A DNA stretch of 63,238 bases, counting the filler, from Octopus bimaculoides (lineage: Eukaryota), in NCBI RefSeq assembly GCF_001194135.2. It is 7 parts of 5 records of this genome, joined end to end, with 100 filler letters (N's around TTAATTAATTAA, not from the genome) between each part and the next. Parts side by side here need not be neighbours in the genome. Positions count along the whole stretch, not along the records: positions 32,973 to 39,764 come from NC_068983.1; positions 39,865 to 45,975 come from NC_068983.1; positions 46,076 to 56,725 come from NC_068987.1; 4 more parts are not named here. One strand, given 5' to 3'. Shown here piece by piece: positions 38,290-51,569 of the stretch; the stretch's first letter is position 1, and every line of letters begins with the position of its first letter. Below the pieces are notes generated by a model. That model had not been told where the DNA came from, made no database searches, and worked only from the letters and a program-made list of their open reading frames with translations. Position numbers and translations under genes: made by a program.

Positions 38290-38710
38290 TGGAAATGTGC
38301 TGTGCGTGAGAAGACCCGGCAAGCCAAGTAAGATCATTGCCAGTGCCCCTGGACTGGCTCTTGTGCGGGTGGCACATGAGATGCACCATTTTGAGTGTGG
38401 CCGTTGCCAGTACCGCCTGACTGGCTCCCGTAGGATTTTCGAGTGAGATCGTTGCCAGTGCCCCTGGACTGGCTTGTGCGGGTGGCACATAAAAGACACC
38501 ATTTCGAGCGTGGCCGTTTTCGTGCGGGTGACACGTAAAAGCACCCACTACACTCTCTGAGTGGTTGGCGTTAGGAAGGGCATCCAGTTGTAGAAACTCT
38601 GCCAAATTAGATTGGAGCCTGGTGTTGCCATCCGGTTTCACCAGTCCTCAGTCAAATTGTCCAACCCATGCTAGCATGGAAGGCGGATGTTAAACGATGA
38701 TGATGATGAT
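38290..38710 (+). mobile_element. RTE LINE extreme 3' end and UTR
   Basis: WKCAVREKTRQAK* followed by the repeat UTR and (GAT)n. Confidence 0.88.
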
Positions 38711-38816
38711 ATATATATATATAAATTTATATACATAAGGATAAGATCATTATTTAAAATACCGATCTTATCAGGTGGCCAGCATGGGAATAAAAACCTC
38801 AAAAGTAATGATTATT

Positions 38817-39071
38817 ATTAAAATTATAATTTAGGGTATCCAAGAGATACCACCATGCTGGAAATAGCAGCCAAAACTCGACTCTAAAACCACATTAAAT
38901 GTTCATACACCACCAGGAGAGAAGACAAAGTAATTTTTTTGCTAGTTTATTTTGTCTCTTTGTCTTCTCTCCTGGTGCTGTATGAACATTTAATGTGGTT
39001 TTAGAGTCGAGTTTTGGCTGCTATTTCAAGCATGGTGGTATCTCTTAGATACCCTTAATTATAATTTTAAT
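38817..39071. repeat. Fold-back element: 114-bp inverted arms with a 27-nt spacer
   Basis: Arms 38817-38930 and 38958-39071; I count 4 mismatches. Confidence 0.92.
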
Positions 39072-39106
39072 ATATATACATACATGCATATATATATCAT
39101 CATCAT

Positions 39107-39728
39107 AATCATCATCGTTTAACGTCTACTTTCCATGCCAGCATGGGTTGGACGATTTGACTGAGGACTGGCAAGCCAGGAGGCTGCACCAGGTTCCAAT
39201 CTGATCTGGCAGAGTTTCTACAGCTAGATGTCCTTCCTAACACCAACCACTCCGAGAGTGTAGTGGGTGCTTTTACATGCCACTGGTACGAAAGCCAGTC
39301 ACACGTACTGGCAATGGCCATGCTCAAAAAGGTGTTTTTTATGTGCCACCTGCATGGGAGCCAGTCCAGTGGCACTGGCAATAACCTCGCTCATGATTTT
39401 CTAAACGTACCACCAGCACAAGTGCTAGAAGGTAACGCTGGTAACGATTACGCTCTAATGGTGCTATTTACATGCCACTGGCACAGAAGCCAGACAGCTG
39501 CTCTGGCAATGAACATGCTCGACAGTGCTGTTTGTGCTCCACTGGCACAGGTACCAGTCATCGAGTATGGTTTAATTACGATTTCACTTGCCCCAACAGG
39601 TCTTCGCAAGCATAGTTTAGTGTCCAATGAAGGAGAGGTTGGCATGGGTGCCAGTCGTCGGATGCAGTTCGATTTTGATTCAGATTTCAAATTTCAAATT
39701 CCAAATTCACTTGCCTCAACAGGTCTTC
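39107..39728 (-). mobile_element. RTE LINE 3' UTR, long subfamily
   Basis: Colinear with 59745-60605. Confidence 0.85.
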
Positions 39729-39764
39729 GTACATATATATACATCTGTATATATATATATATAT

Positions 39765-39864
39765 NNNNNNNNNNNNNNNNNNNNNNNNNNNNNNNNNNNN
39801 NNNNNNNNTTAATTAATTAANNNNNNNNNNNNNNNNNNNNNNNNNNNNNNNNNNNNNNNNNNNN
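39765..39864. other. Artificial scaffold linker 3
   Basis: 44N-TTAATTAATTAA-44N. Confidence 0.95.
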
Positions 39865-40398
39865 ATATCCTCGGTTTCCAAAGATTTTACTGAGTGCACT
39901 TGTGCAGTTTCAATGCTTTTTAAGTGTACCTCAATGGTACCGAATTTCTTGCCTCTTGCTAGATAAGTAATGTCCTGCCAAATGGGCTTTAGACATTTTT
40001 CAATTTTCTCTTCGCTCACACGCTCGATTTTCCGTTCTTTTTTACAATAAACTTTAAAAATAATTGTTTTTTTTTTTCTCTGCAAATAAAAATTCTTCTG
40101 GTGGTTGAACCTTGACAACACCGTTTTCAATTTTTAACATTTCTTTATACTTTAGCAGGTCACTTTTGTTTGTCGACAGCTGGCGGGTTCCACCTCCAGC
40201 CGCCGACGCGAAACTTCTTTTTTGTTTTTCTTCTGTTTGTAGGCTTTTTACATCAATGTTCCTTTTTGCAACAGTATAATTCGATAGTTTTGGAAATTCC
40301 CCTTCAGAGGAATCCGAAACATCTCCAAACAATAAACTTTCAATATTTTTTCCATCGGTTGACGACTCTTCGCCAGACGAAGATACCCTATTCGGCAT
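39865..40398 (-). pseudogene. Putative LINE ORF1 N-terminus (L1/Tx1-like), cut by scaffold end
   Basis: ATG at 40398: MPNRVSSSGEE..KRSFASAAGGG..PPEEFLFAEKKK / TIIFKVYCKKERKIERVSEEKIEKCL..RGKKFGTIEVHLKS. A single frameshift falls in a T homopolymer near 40065-40076. The family assignment is inference. Confidence 0.4.
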
Positions 40399-40589
40399 CT
40401 TGCCAGCAATTAATGTTTCCCCCACAGGGGAAAACACACGATAGTTTTCGAACGAAGACTATCACACAAATAATTATAACAGGAAATAACACAAAAACAG
40501 TCAATAGAAACTTGCACTTACTATACAAACGCACTCAAATAATTACTAATAAATTCAAACTCACGGAGCCGTTATACCGCTAAGCATTT

Positions 40590-40665
40590 CAACCGGTGTC
40601 ACACAGACGAATACCGCTAAGCATTTCGCCCGGCGTGCTAACGTTCCTGTCAGTTGCCGCCCTCC
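40590..40665 (-). mobile_element. SINE family A head
   Basis: ataccgctaagcatttcgcccggcgtgctaacg..gccgcc. Confidence 0.7.
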
Positions 40666-40694
40666 TTATTCCATACATTGATGTATTTTTTTTT

Positions 40695-41245
40695 TTTTTA
40701 CTCTTTGATTGCTTTAGTCAGCGGTCATTCTGAGCCACCGCCTTGAAGGATTCTAATTCTTTAAAGCCGGGTACTTATTCTAGTGACCTTTTTTTGCCGA
40801 ACCGCTAAGTTATGGGAACGTAAACAAACTAACAATGGTTGTCAAGCGGTGGTGGTGGGGACAAACAGAAACACACGAGTGGGGACAAACACAAACATAC
40901 GATTGGGGTGGGGCTGAAAAGTTCCTGGCTTTAAGGGTGCACGAAAGGCCTAGTTGGAGGTCCAACCTTCCGAGTTCTTTTAAAAGGTTTAGAGGACCGC
41001 TGCAAAAATTGTAATTAAGTGATCTCCCTATATTTTTTTTTACCCAAATCCAGTAACTTTTCAACACCCCCTCGTATATACACGACAGGCTTCTTTCAGT
41101 TTCCATCAACCAAATCCACTCACAAACCTTTGGTCAGCCAAGGGCAACAGTTGAAGACACTTTCTCAAGGGGCTATTCAATGGGATTGAACCCGGAAACA
41201 TGTAGCTGGAAAGCAACCTCTTTACCACACGGTCACGCCTGAACC
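40695..41245 (-). mobile_element. Composite SINE family B with a nested mariner-type MITE
   Basis: Tail 40695-40897 and head 41077-41245 are split by the MITE. Confidence 0.8.
40900..41074. mobile_element. Mariner-derived MITE (~175 bp) with TA TSD
   Basis: TA|cgattggggtggggctgaaaagttcctgg ... ccagtaacttttcaacaccccctcg|TA. Confidence 0.75.
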
Positions 41246-41344
41246 TATAAGAAGAATCAATGTTCCATCTTGCGCCATAGGATCATAAGGCTATTTTCCC
41301 GGATTCTGTGGCATATAAAATTATCCCCACCCCAGTCGCACGCA

Positions 41345-41490
41345 TGGTCACTCATTTTTGCCATTTGAGTGGATTAGATCTGGAACAACACGAAATGAAG
41401 TATTTTGTTCAAGAACACGACGTATCGTCCGGTCCAGGAATCGAAATCACAATCTTACGATCATAAGTGCAACACCACATCAATTAAAGC
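41345..41490 (-). mobile_element. SINE family C (CORE-like)
   Basis: actcatttttgcca..gaaatgaagtattttgttcaagaacac..ggaatcgaaatcacaatcttacgatc. Confidence 0.75.
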
Positions 41491-42224
41491 GCGTGCCTCT
41501 ATGCACACAACTGCATCCTAAGACTCTTAATAATGCTTTATTTTCAACATCGTTAAATAAAGCAATTAAGCTATTTTCTGAATACTGTGTCATGAGTTTC
41601 TTCCATATATTCTTATTGGTGGAGTATTCAGTTTAATTTTCATTTGGTGTTTTGAAGTATTGTTTAGTCGTAAGAACTTCCAGAAACTCGACTTAATGAA
41701 AGATGAGAATGCTTTGACGTGTGTAGAAATTGCACAGACTGGCAATGAAACGAACACAAATGTTTATTAAATGAGTTTAATATTGTTTATAGATAATTAT
41801 TCATACTGTTTAATGTTATTTATTTTAATCTATAAGTATTATATTAATTTAGTAATCTGTAAGTAATTCATATTTTGCGAGTTAATTTCTCGATGCTTTG
41901 CCGAATCTAATTCGGATATGTTATGTTCTACGCTAATGACAGGAGACAATATCGGGGCAACCAAATTTCTGTGGAAATGGTTGAATACGTTTTGGTTCTC
42001 GAGGTTCAGTAATATATGAATGGTGCTCAAATTCATCATAATATAAGTATAAAAAGTTTCCATTGTCAAAGTACATACTGTTCAGTTTCGAGCTAAAAAT
42101 ATAGTTCGAAATTTTATGAACTTACATATCTTCCTGCTAAAATCTGAACCGTTAATTTGTAATTACGTGCATAAATAGTTGCTGCGCACGCGTGCGAGCA
42201 TGTGTGTGTTTGTGTGTGTAAAAT

Positions 42225-42435
42225 ACTTGCTTCTACTTAAGGCAGAAGACCAGTAGTTCATGGAAATGGGTTAATCGATTATATCAACACTAGTGTTTCA
42301 CTGGTAATTTATTTTATCTATCCCGAAAAGTTGGAAGGCAAATTTGACCTCGGCGGGATTTGACCTCACTACATAAAAGGTAGAAAGAAATATCGGAAGA
42401 TATTTTTTGCGAAGCACTCACGATTCTGTCATTCC
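42225..42435 (-). mobile_element. Degenerate SINE family A
   Basis: tcgatt..actggta.ttattttatc..gaaggcaaa.ttgacctcggcggga. Confidence 0.65.
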
Positions 42436-44449
42436 GACAGATATTGTGGAATGATGTCCTAATCCCATTCTTTCATTTCTGGAAAGGATTTTAACTCAAC
42501 ACTTGAAGATAGTGGAATACAATGTGATTGCTGCTTACAGAAGACAACAGTAATCTGTTTTAGTTCCTATTTACAACCGTTTAGATAGGTTATTGTGAGA
42601 TAAATATGTTAAGCAGGGACGCATAGCAAAATTAATAAAACACTAACTCTTGAATCAGTAAGATGGATAGTTTTAGAAAGAGGAGATATGTACATAAGAT
42701 AACGGAATATACCAAGTGAAACGGATGTTGTCTTTGAATGTTAGTTGATTTGTTTTGCATTATTCCATCGGGCGAACATACTCGACAAATGAAACCCATG
42801 CTTTGGTAATATATACTTTCAACCGGGTGATCCATACGAGTTTTAGTAGAATCACTGAAGAAATGTATTCAAAATATGCCAACTTCCAAATATCTCCTTA
42901 AATATATATTTATTTTGTCATTAGCGGAAATATAGTCTTTAACGCAAACATTATTAGTCATAAATAAAAGTAATAATGATTGAAATAAAGGGAAATAAAT
43001 TATGATGTCAATAAATGTTCTTAATTAATATATTATTCCCCTGTTGTGTCCATAAAAAGAATCAAACTCGGTATCCTTGGTCGCTAATGTGGTGTACATT
43101 TGTGAATTCATATTCCCAAGTTGCCCATGTCAATCTTATTCTTTCTTTGATATATCGGTTGCATCAGTTACAACTGTGAATAATTTCTGGCACACAGCCC
43201 AAACAGTTTATTCGGGGCTACTTTAGTCAGAATAGTTATAATTCAATAATTTAGCGCTACTTACACACGCATGTTTAAAATTATTTTTATACCTAAAAGT
43301 CTGATATGAATAAGAAAGATTTTCTAACTAATCTTTCTTCATATTCCGGTCGGTTCAGTTATTGAGATCCACTGGCCTGCAATAAAACACAATAATATTC
43401 TTTGCATATTCTTTGGGATAAATATAATAAAGAATGGGACGTTTTGTGATTCCCGTATTCTGATCGTTTTATTATAAGTACTTCGTACAATATTTAGAGA
43501 AACAGATTTTTGCTAGCGGTATATTCGTGTTTATGTTTCTACACAAAAACATATTTGACAGGTATAACTGAGCGATTCGAAACTATGTTGGTATAGTTAA
43601 TGAACTGTCCAAAGTTAGTTTTATTTCACCGATATTGCATTGTAACCGTGAACAAGATACTGAACTCTGAAATAGCTCAAAATATCTAGCTCCGACAAGT
43701 TTCTACTAGGCTTTCAGAGCTTAACTCAGCTCTTACTGTGCATTTGACTTAATGAGAAACAAGTTACGTAAGACTACCTAGCTTGAGCGGTACGTTAGGT
43801 CCAACAGCAAGGTACTTTATTTCATGCTGCTCCCTCAACTCCACTGAAAATAAGTACCAGTATAGTGCTGAGGCAGCCTTTTCTCTCTCAAGCAGTAACA
43901 TCTTCGATATTCCACTTGACCAGTAGGAAGGAGACCAGCAGGAAGGAGACAGCTTCTTAATGATATTCGTCTGCGAGTGACGGTTGTAGATGGTTTAAAC
44001 ATGATAACCGTAACACAATAGCCTTCACTAATTACCTTCACTAATTGCTTATAGGTCTTGTGCCTATAAGATGCAATTATCCTCGAATTTTTAATTCATT
44101 TGCATCGTGTATATATTATCTATTTTTGTATTAAATTCGATAAGTAAAATTTTAATTTTATTCATGTGTCAACCAGTCATTAGTTTTCTCATACATATAC
44201 TTTCACCAACAACTTCTATTAAAATCATTCCCAGAAATTTGCTCGACTTCAAAATAACACATGGAATGTATTCAGGATGTTATGCAACCAAAGCACACTC
44301 ATATGTAAGTATGCACATATGTATGTGGGTATGTAGCCTGTATTGTATGTGTGTGTACGTTGGTATGTATAGTTATATCATATGTATGTATGTATGGATG
44401 GATGTATGTATGGATGTATGGATGTATGGATGTATGTATGTATTTGTTG

Positions 44450-44745
44450 TTTACAAGATTACCCTTTGCTGCGTCTAATGGCTTCAAGTACATTTCAAAG
44501 AGTGGGAGTATAATTAACATCGCTGATATCAAAGAAATTTATATTATATTTTATTGTCGATGGCAAAATTCTTGAGGAGTACGATAGGAACTTGGCCAAT
44601 TTCAAAGAGACTCATTATTACATTGAACAACGACAAACATCTCCAAGCATTCACTTGTTACATAGCATATGAAATAAAAAATAATTCTCTGCAGCATGAC
44701 CCAAACAGGTTGAAACATCTCGTTGATTACCCGGCACCTTGTAAT
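44450..44745 (+). pseudogene. Degenerate Ty3/Gypsy reverse transcriptase fragment
   Basis: FTRLPF..N / ASSTFQRV..LYFIVDGKILEEYDRNLANFKE / ITLNNDK..YEIKNNSLQHDPNRLKHLVDYPAP. Matches the RLPFG..NA.STFQR ... EEH..NL ... PDPERL..L...P.P pattern; the YxDD motif is decayed. Confidence 0.6.
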
Positions 44746-44764
44746 ATTATTTACTGCCTAAAAC

Positions 44765-44965
44765 AGCGAGCGGGCAGAATCGTTTGCGCATCGGGCAAAA
44801 TGCTTAGAGGTATCTTGCCCGTCTTCACGTTCTGTGTTCAAAGTCCACTGAGGTCAACTTTGCCATTCATCTCTTCGGAATCGATTAAATAAGTACCAGT
44901 CGAACACTGGCGTCGCTGTAATCGATTTATCCTATCCCCGAAATTGTTGACTTTTTGCCAAAGTC
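44765..44965 (+). mobile_element. SINE family A
   Basis: gcgagcgggcagaatcgtttgcgcatcggg..gttcaaagtcc..gataaataagtaccag. Confidence 0.8.
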
Positions 44966-45399
44966 TGAAATCAATATTATTTATCACTCAACTGTAAGAT
45001 TTTAGTTACTTCTCCAAATAAGTGTCTTTTTTCTTACAGTTTATTCAAACATTGTCAAACCTACTTTTTAGTTCAAAAAGGAAACATAATTTAGTTCTCG
45101 CTCTAATTGAAAAGGAGGATTACGCTGTCATAGAAAGTGTTAGGAAAAGGTGAATCTTTTTTTTTTTTTCGAAGCTATTTTACATTTATATTAGAACCGA
45201 TCTCGTATTTAGTCAAAAAAATAAGATAAAAAACGAAGAATTATAAGATTCTTTATTGGCGCACCGAACTGTCACTTTACAGTTATGACTCTTGACACAT
45301 AGCTAACATAGACAACATGTCTATCTCCTGGAATTGCGGATTTTTCATGTGTCATTCCGGAGTTCTTCCGCTAGTTTCCAGATATTTCCTGTGAAATCA

Positions 45400-45760
45400 T
45401 TTTTGTTACTTCCGGTTCCGGTAACTTATGGAATAAAATTAATGGCTCCACCCGGGCATCTGATAGTGAACAAGAACGTCATGAGTTCAAATGCAACGAT
45501 TTGCTTCTCAGCAATTCTTGTCACAGCAATATCTTCATACCGAAAGTTGTCACCACCACGATGTTGGATCACGTTATAAATCGAAATGATCTAGTCAACC
45601 TGAGCCAAACTAAGTCGATGAGCTTATAACTCAATATCATAAGCAGAAGGTTTTATCATGCCACCAATACCCAAGGAGATCCGCTTAAGATTCTTAAAAT
45701 CCAGTTCAGTTCCCAATTACTTATATCGCTTAGGAATCGATAAATTTCGCTCAAAATCTT
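45400..45760 (-). pseudogene. Degenerate Ty3/Gypsy RNase H fragment
   Basis: One frame with stops: NLSIP..LGTELD..SLGIGG..KPSAY...L ... H.GG..F...D..V ... KQIVAFELMTFLFTIRCPG..IN. Resembles DASxxGIGG..KPIAY ... RWRLEL..Y.F.I.YRPG..N. Confidence 0.5.
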
Positions 45761-45975
45761 ATAAATAGTCAGCAGTACCAATTTCCAGTTGGTAATTCAG
45801 CCAAATGCTATCAGCTGAAACCTGTGTTAGGGAAAGGTAGACGCCTTTTATACGATAACCTACAAACCAGAAAAAAATTTTTGATTCAAAGTGTAAAGAA
45901 ACTTTATACTTTTACATCCAAAAGCTATATATATAGCAATATTGCAATTCCACCGTCATGTCTCTACTTAATATA

Positions 45976-46075
45976 NNNNNNNNNNNNNNNNNNNNNNNNN
46001 NNNNNNNNNNNNNNNNNNNTTAATTAATTAANNNNNNNNNNNNNNNNNNNNNNNNNNNNNNNNNNNNNNNNNNNN
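45976..46075. other. Artificial scaffold linker 4
   Basis: 44N-TTAATTAATTAA-44N. Confidence 0.95.
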
Positions 46076-47311
46076 ATATATGTATATATATATATGATAT
46101 TTTAAGCGAATGATGCTGATGCAGTACATATATTCTTAAGTACATTATCAGTTCTATGTAATTAACCTTGAATCTGTAACGCAATCGTTTCGTTAAGTTT
46201 GTCCATCTGAACTGCAATACTCGAAACACTGACCACCTGTTGCATCATCTACGAGCCAAGGGAACCTTCAATGTGACTCGACTGCTATGTTTCTATTGAA
46301 ATGTTTAATCATTGTTTACTGCAATATCTAGTGTTTGCTTCAGATTATGTGAAATATGTACCTTGTGTTAAATGACTACTGTGTAGATTATGTTTACATA
46401 TTTGTGCGTTGCATAGTCGTAGTTGGCACTTAAAAACACGGTAAATAGTATTTCGCATTACCTGTATAAACATGAAGAAAATGCCTGTTGTGGTAATCTC
46501 TGACGCGGTCATTTCGACCTATTCTAAATAGCTGCTAAACCTGCCTAAACGTAAGTCTCTATCTTCTTAAAACGAAAGCCATTAGTTAATGTAAGTTTCA
46601 GTGTGTTTAGTATGTTAATCATGTGTGATAGGGCAGTGTGCAAATACGGTGACTGCATTCTCAGATAAGTATGACTAATGCGACTGAAGCAGTGGCTGAT
46701 CCTTTACATGTCACATTCTGCAATAAAAATTAATACGGACAGGGATGATGCAGGAACTCTCGTTTGTAAGCTTTTAAAAGAGAACTCGGGAAAAACAGCA
46801 TTGCGGTCATAATATTAAACGCAGTATACATTCAACTGGAGCTGTTAAGCTGCAGTGAGATTGAGGCAAAGTACCCAAAAGGGATATACTATTTCTGAAC
46901 AATGTTTTTAGTTTGAAGCCTTTGATCATATTTATGTTTCGCTCAGAGTTGACCTAACCCGACCCAAATCAATAAATACAACACGAAAACATCAATAGCA
47001 ACATCAAAAATAAATGACAAACATATAAACAACAATAAAAACCGGATCAATAAAGGGAACAATAATATAACTTATTGTATATCGAGAGAATAACATAAAA
47101 GCAATCTCCATAATTATAACATTTCTATCTATCAAATACCGCAACATCTTCTACAACCATTTACTCTATTAATAAATATTGCTCCAATTCACACTCGGGC
47201 TGTCTTCCGTTTTATCAGCACCACCAAGCAATATCAAATAAAACTCCCATCACAGTGAATATTATTAAATTTTTGTCAATCGCACGCGCACGAATATATA
47301 CAGAGACAAAC

Positions 47312-47387
<76 letters not shown>

Positions 47388-47529
47388 ACACACACACACC
47401 CACACATGCACAAACACACACACATACAAGGAAGATAAAAATTAATATGCGTTACTCTTACAGAATAGAATAGAATACACACTTAAAAAATATCAAAATG
47501 GCATACAAATCTTCTAAGAGAATTCGCAG

Positions 47530-47950
47530 TTTCATCTTTAGGCCATTAGAAATAAGCGATAATTCTGTGAAACCAATATCTTGCATCTACCGTGTTTATG
47601 ACAGTGCCATGTGTGTACCTAGTCTTTTTGCAACAATTTTCAGAGTTGTCTAAAAATAATCCACAGAGTTGTCTAAAAATAATCCAAAGACTGCACATGA
47701 GCGGTGAAACGGAGGCCACATACACAATGATCCAAAAATACTTAAAATGAATGGAGGTGTACATCTTTCGTTGCAGGTATCTGCACCATTCTGTCTTCCA
47801 GCTATTTCATGAAATACCTCCTTGAATCAACAGATGTGTATAAAAAATTCCTGCATACTTCGACGGCAACATCGCCAAAATACTATCACTCGTCGTCGGC
47901 CCGGTCAAATAAAACATGCACAACACTCAAAAATAACTACATTGTCAATA
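47530..47950 (-). pseudogene. Highly degenerate Tc1/mariner (possibly maT-like) transposase C-terminus
   Basis: RQNGA (QQDGA-like), MWPP then ..SLDYF (WPPxSPDxNPLDY-like); interrupted by a 23-bp tandem duplication at 47641-47686. Confidence 0.35.
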
Positions 47951-50005
47951 GCCAACTTGACAAGGGACATACTCCTCAGATGTATACCACCAGCAATAGG
48001 AGCAAAGAAGCAGTTGCATGTAACTTGCCGGTCACTTATGTAGCCATCAATAGATGCACAAAGAGAAACTGAAATGAGGGTGAACCTGCGATATGTGCAG
48101 ACAAACATTCAACTACTTATAGGATACATGACTACATATCAAATTAGGCTGAATAATCTTCAGATAAACGGAGAAATTGTGTGAATGAGAAGCATAATGT
48201 TATGATTGTCTCGCCGATCGTCTGATTGTCTGTGTGCCATAACACTACTCGGTCAGGGATGATGTAAGACTGCACAATTACAACAATGTAGCTATTATCA
48301 ATGCATGTACCATTAAAAACACCCTCATAAGATACGAGGTAATGTTACTTTACATTATACCACAATAAATCATATTCAATGAATTCTGAGATATTTTATG
48401 AAGCTCAATGGAACAGATTAATTAATTTCCTTATTTATTAATATGTACTTAATTTTAATTTCTGAAAGTATTGTAATTCTGTTGGTTGCTGGACATCGAT
48501 CTATTATATATGATCTACGCATTGTGTAAGAGTGTAAAAAGACTTTAGTGATTTACCATTGAATTCTGCAAATTCACAGTAGAGATTTAGTGTGCATTTC
48601 CAGTTCATATACAACTTTTAATTCATACATGGTGAAAAACAGAAAACCTTAAATGCCTATCTAACATATATTTATAAAAACTGTTCAAAGAGTTTGAAAG
48701 TGCAAAATCGCCTCACAAATGAAGCTCTGAATCTACTGGCAGATTCAGAGGGAGAGGCCTTCAAGTATTAACTACCCATTTATAAATAGCGATCGTTACT
48801 AATGTATGTCTTACTACTCTTTGATATGAATCCGTACATGCAGTAACGTAAACCAGTCATATGAATGCATTTAGAATGATGTACTTTTTTATGTACGTCA
48901 AAACTCACATTCACAAAGTACAATGGAAATACAACGCAAGTCTACATTTGTCTAAAGTGTGATTTATGACAATCCAAAAGAAAATAGCGTAAATCAATTG
49001 ATGAGATTTTAATTTTGAATATTACAATTCTTCAGTGTGACTGCAATAAACATATATACATAGTTTATAGGTAGCTATGTGTAGAAGAAAGGAGGGCTTG
49101 AACTGTTGGACCAATTCATGGTTTGTAAAACGGTCAGATACATGTACAGCGTTTCCGTACCTAAGCTCTAAGATATATGAGCTACACTGTAAAACTAGAA
49201 AATTACGAAAGTAGCGTAATTGTAGTCTCATTTGCATATTTTCTTCTTTTTTTTAACATTTCACTATTAATTAATATCCATTTTATGCGTTAAACAAGTG
49301 TAAATCTGAGGAACTGAAAGCAAATATTAGACACCATCACAATTAGTGACATAAGAATTTAGATACACACCCACACACCCACATACCCCCCCCACACACA
49401 CACACACAAACACTCAGACACAATATCGTGTAACATTTTTATATATACGTATCATATTGAGTTTTGTCAAAGAGCAGCATGGTGATATACGTCGAAAGAA
49501 TTTAACGCAGTAACAAATAAACGAAAATCGAATATAAAATCTTGGAGATTTGAAATCCTAAAAATTTCGACCTCCTTTTTATTTATTTTTTCTTTGGTAC
49601 AATCTAGTTTCTAATATACTTATCCATGTGGGTGTACACAGGTATACTAATACGTATATGCACACACACACACACACACACACATACATAAACGCGTAAG
49701 TCTGTGTCTGTTGGCATGTGTGTGTATAGTGTACAAATTGTGAGTGTGTTAGCAATCGTTTTTCGTATGTGTCATTATTATGACTGAGTGTGTGTGAATA
49801 GTTATTTTTTATTCCCTCCAATATATCTTGCTTCATCGATTAATAGATCACAGAAACTAATTATGTTTGTATATATTATTAAGTGTGCATTTGTCTTTAA
49901 GGACAGATTTACATAATTTGTCATTATAATAATGAACAATTTCTAACCTTGTCAAGTAACCTCTGTTTTTCTTAAGGATAAACAGAATTGGTTATATGAA
50001 TAGTG

Positions 50006-50386
50006 CAGGAAACTGGTGCCACATTAGTGTTACGGGTAAATTATAAATTCCTTCAGAGTTTATTATCTACAATTCATATTTCCTTTCCTGTTTAGAATTG
50101 TATTGGTTTATCTAAACATAATTTTACCTTCAGTATTCTTCGTTTACATCATATCGTAGTTCCAGGGTGTACATGCCGTTGAGATCTTAAAATACAATCT
50201 TATACAACAGGTTGAATTTTGCAGTTGCTAGCGCACTAAAATGAGAATAATTGCATATGATTTTCAAAGCAAGCTCTTTCAATTAAATAATGCAATGCTA
50301 AGCAGGAAGGATATATAAATCGTCGATAATAAACTTTAAAGAAGTCAGTAATTTTCCGTTGACTTTATTGCTGCACCAGTTTCCTG
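50006..50386. mobile_element. Putative Tc1/pogo-type MITE
   Basis: Perfect 14-bp TIRs CAGGAAACTGGTGC (50006-19) and GCACCAGTTTCCTG (50373-86). The right flank is TA; the left is TG. Confidence 0.5.
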
Positions 50387-51065
50387 TAATATTAATATAA
50401 CCAGAACATTTTACCCTGAAGGAAAGCAAATTGCTTTTCATGACTAGAAAGTCTACAGTGTTGTAATGAGAAATATTTCATACTGTATTTGTAGGAACAC
50501 GTACATCCAATAATATATACTACCGCAATTGATGTTGGCGGTTCTACACCTTGCATACTGATCTAAAGTTTTACAATGTATGTGGTTCTAACCTTGTATG
50601 TTTGTGAGTAGATGTGGCCTGATATGGTTTCTTTTTGAATATTTATGAGAGCAACCCTTTAGCCACATAAATAGCACCATATCATGCACTGTTATGGTGT
50701 TTTCAAGTGGCAACATGTGCACATACTTATAATATGGAGGAAATCAGTGTAACTGCATAAAGATATGTTTTTTTTTTTAAGAACTGATGATTATAATATA
50801 AAGGAGTAATATTATAAACATACTGTAATGTACCAAGCTTTATTCCTGATGCGATTTTGTGTTTCCTAACGCCGTGTGCATTATTTAAGTAATGATATTT
50901 TAACATACATACATACATAGATACATACATACACAAAAGATATTGAAATACCAATGAAGGAACCTTGGTTCTATGGTAGAAACCGGCTCTTTCTCTATTG
51001 GCAAGAAATGTTGAAATAAAACTGAACAATGACATATATACGCACACACGTACAAACATACATAT

Positions 51066-51115
<50 letters not shown>

Positions 51116-51296
51116 CTGTGAGATATATACACACACACAGATATATNNNNNNNNNNNNNNNNNNNNNNNNNNNNNNNNNNNNNNNNNNNNNNNNNNNNNN
51201 NNNNNNNNNNNNNNNNNNNNNNNNNNNNNNNNNNNNNNNNNNNNNNNNNNNNNNNNNNNNNNNNNNNNNNNNNNNNNNNNNNNNNNNNNNNNNNNN

Positions 51297-51351
<55 letters not shown>

Positions 51352-51569
51352 TGTGTGTGTGTGTGTGTGTGTCTGTGGCATATTTGAACTGCTAACTGGT
51401 ACTTTTTTTGCAGTTATCGCAGAGACAATTTTCTTGTATGGTAAAAAGTTATAAAACCACCATACATGTGAGTGTGCATGTTTATGTATATGTTTGTGTG
51501 TGTATGTGTGTAAGTCTATGTACACAGATGGGCATTTGTCCTCTAACTGTCCTCCATCAATCAACAAGC

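Noticed and set aside
45340-45820. Long frame with only TAA/TAG stops, suggesting a ciliate-code contaminant
   Set aside because: Expected by chance in AT-rich DNA; the frame matches a decayed Gypsy RNase H.
48725-48750. Perfect 10-bp hairpin CTCTGAATCT/AGATTCAGAG
   Set aside because: No Helitron CTAG, terminator or repeat context; may be chance.
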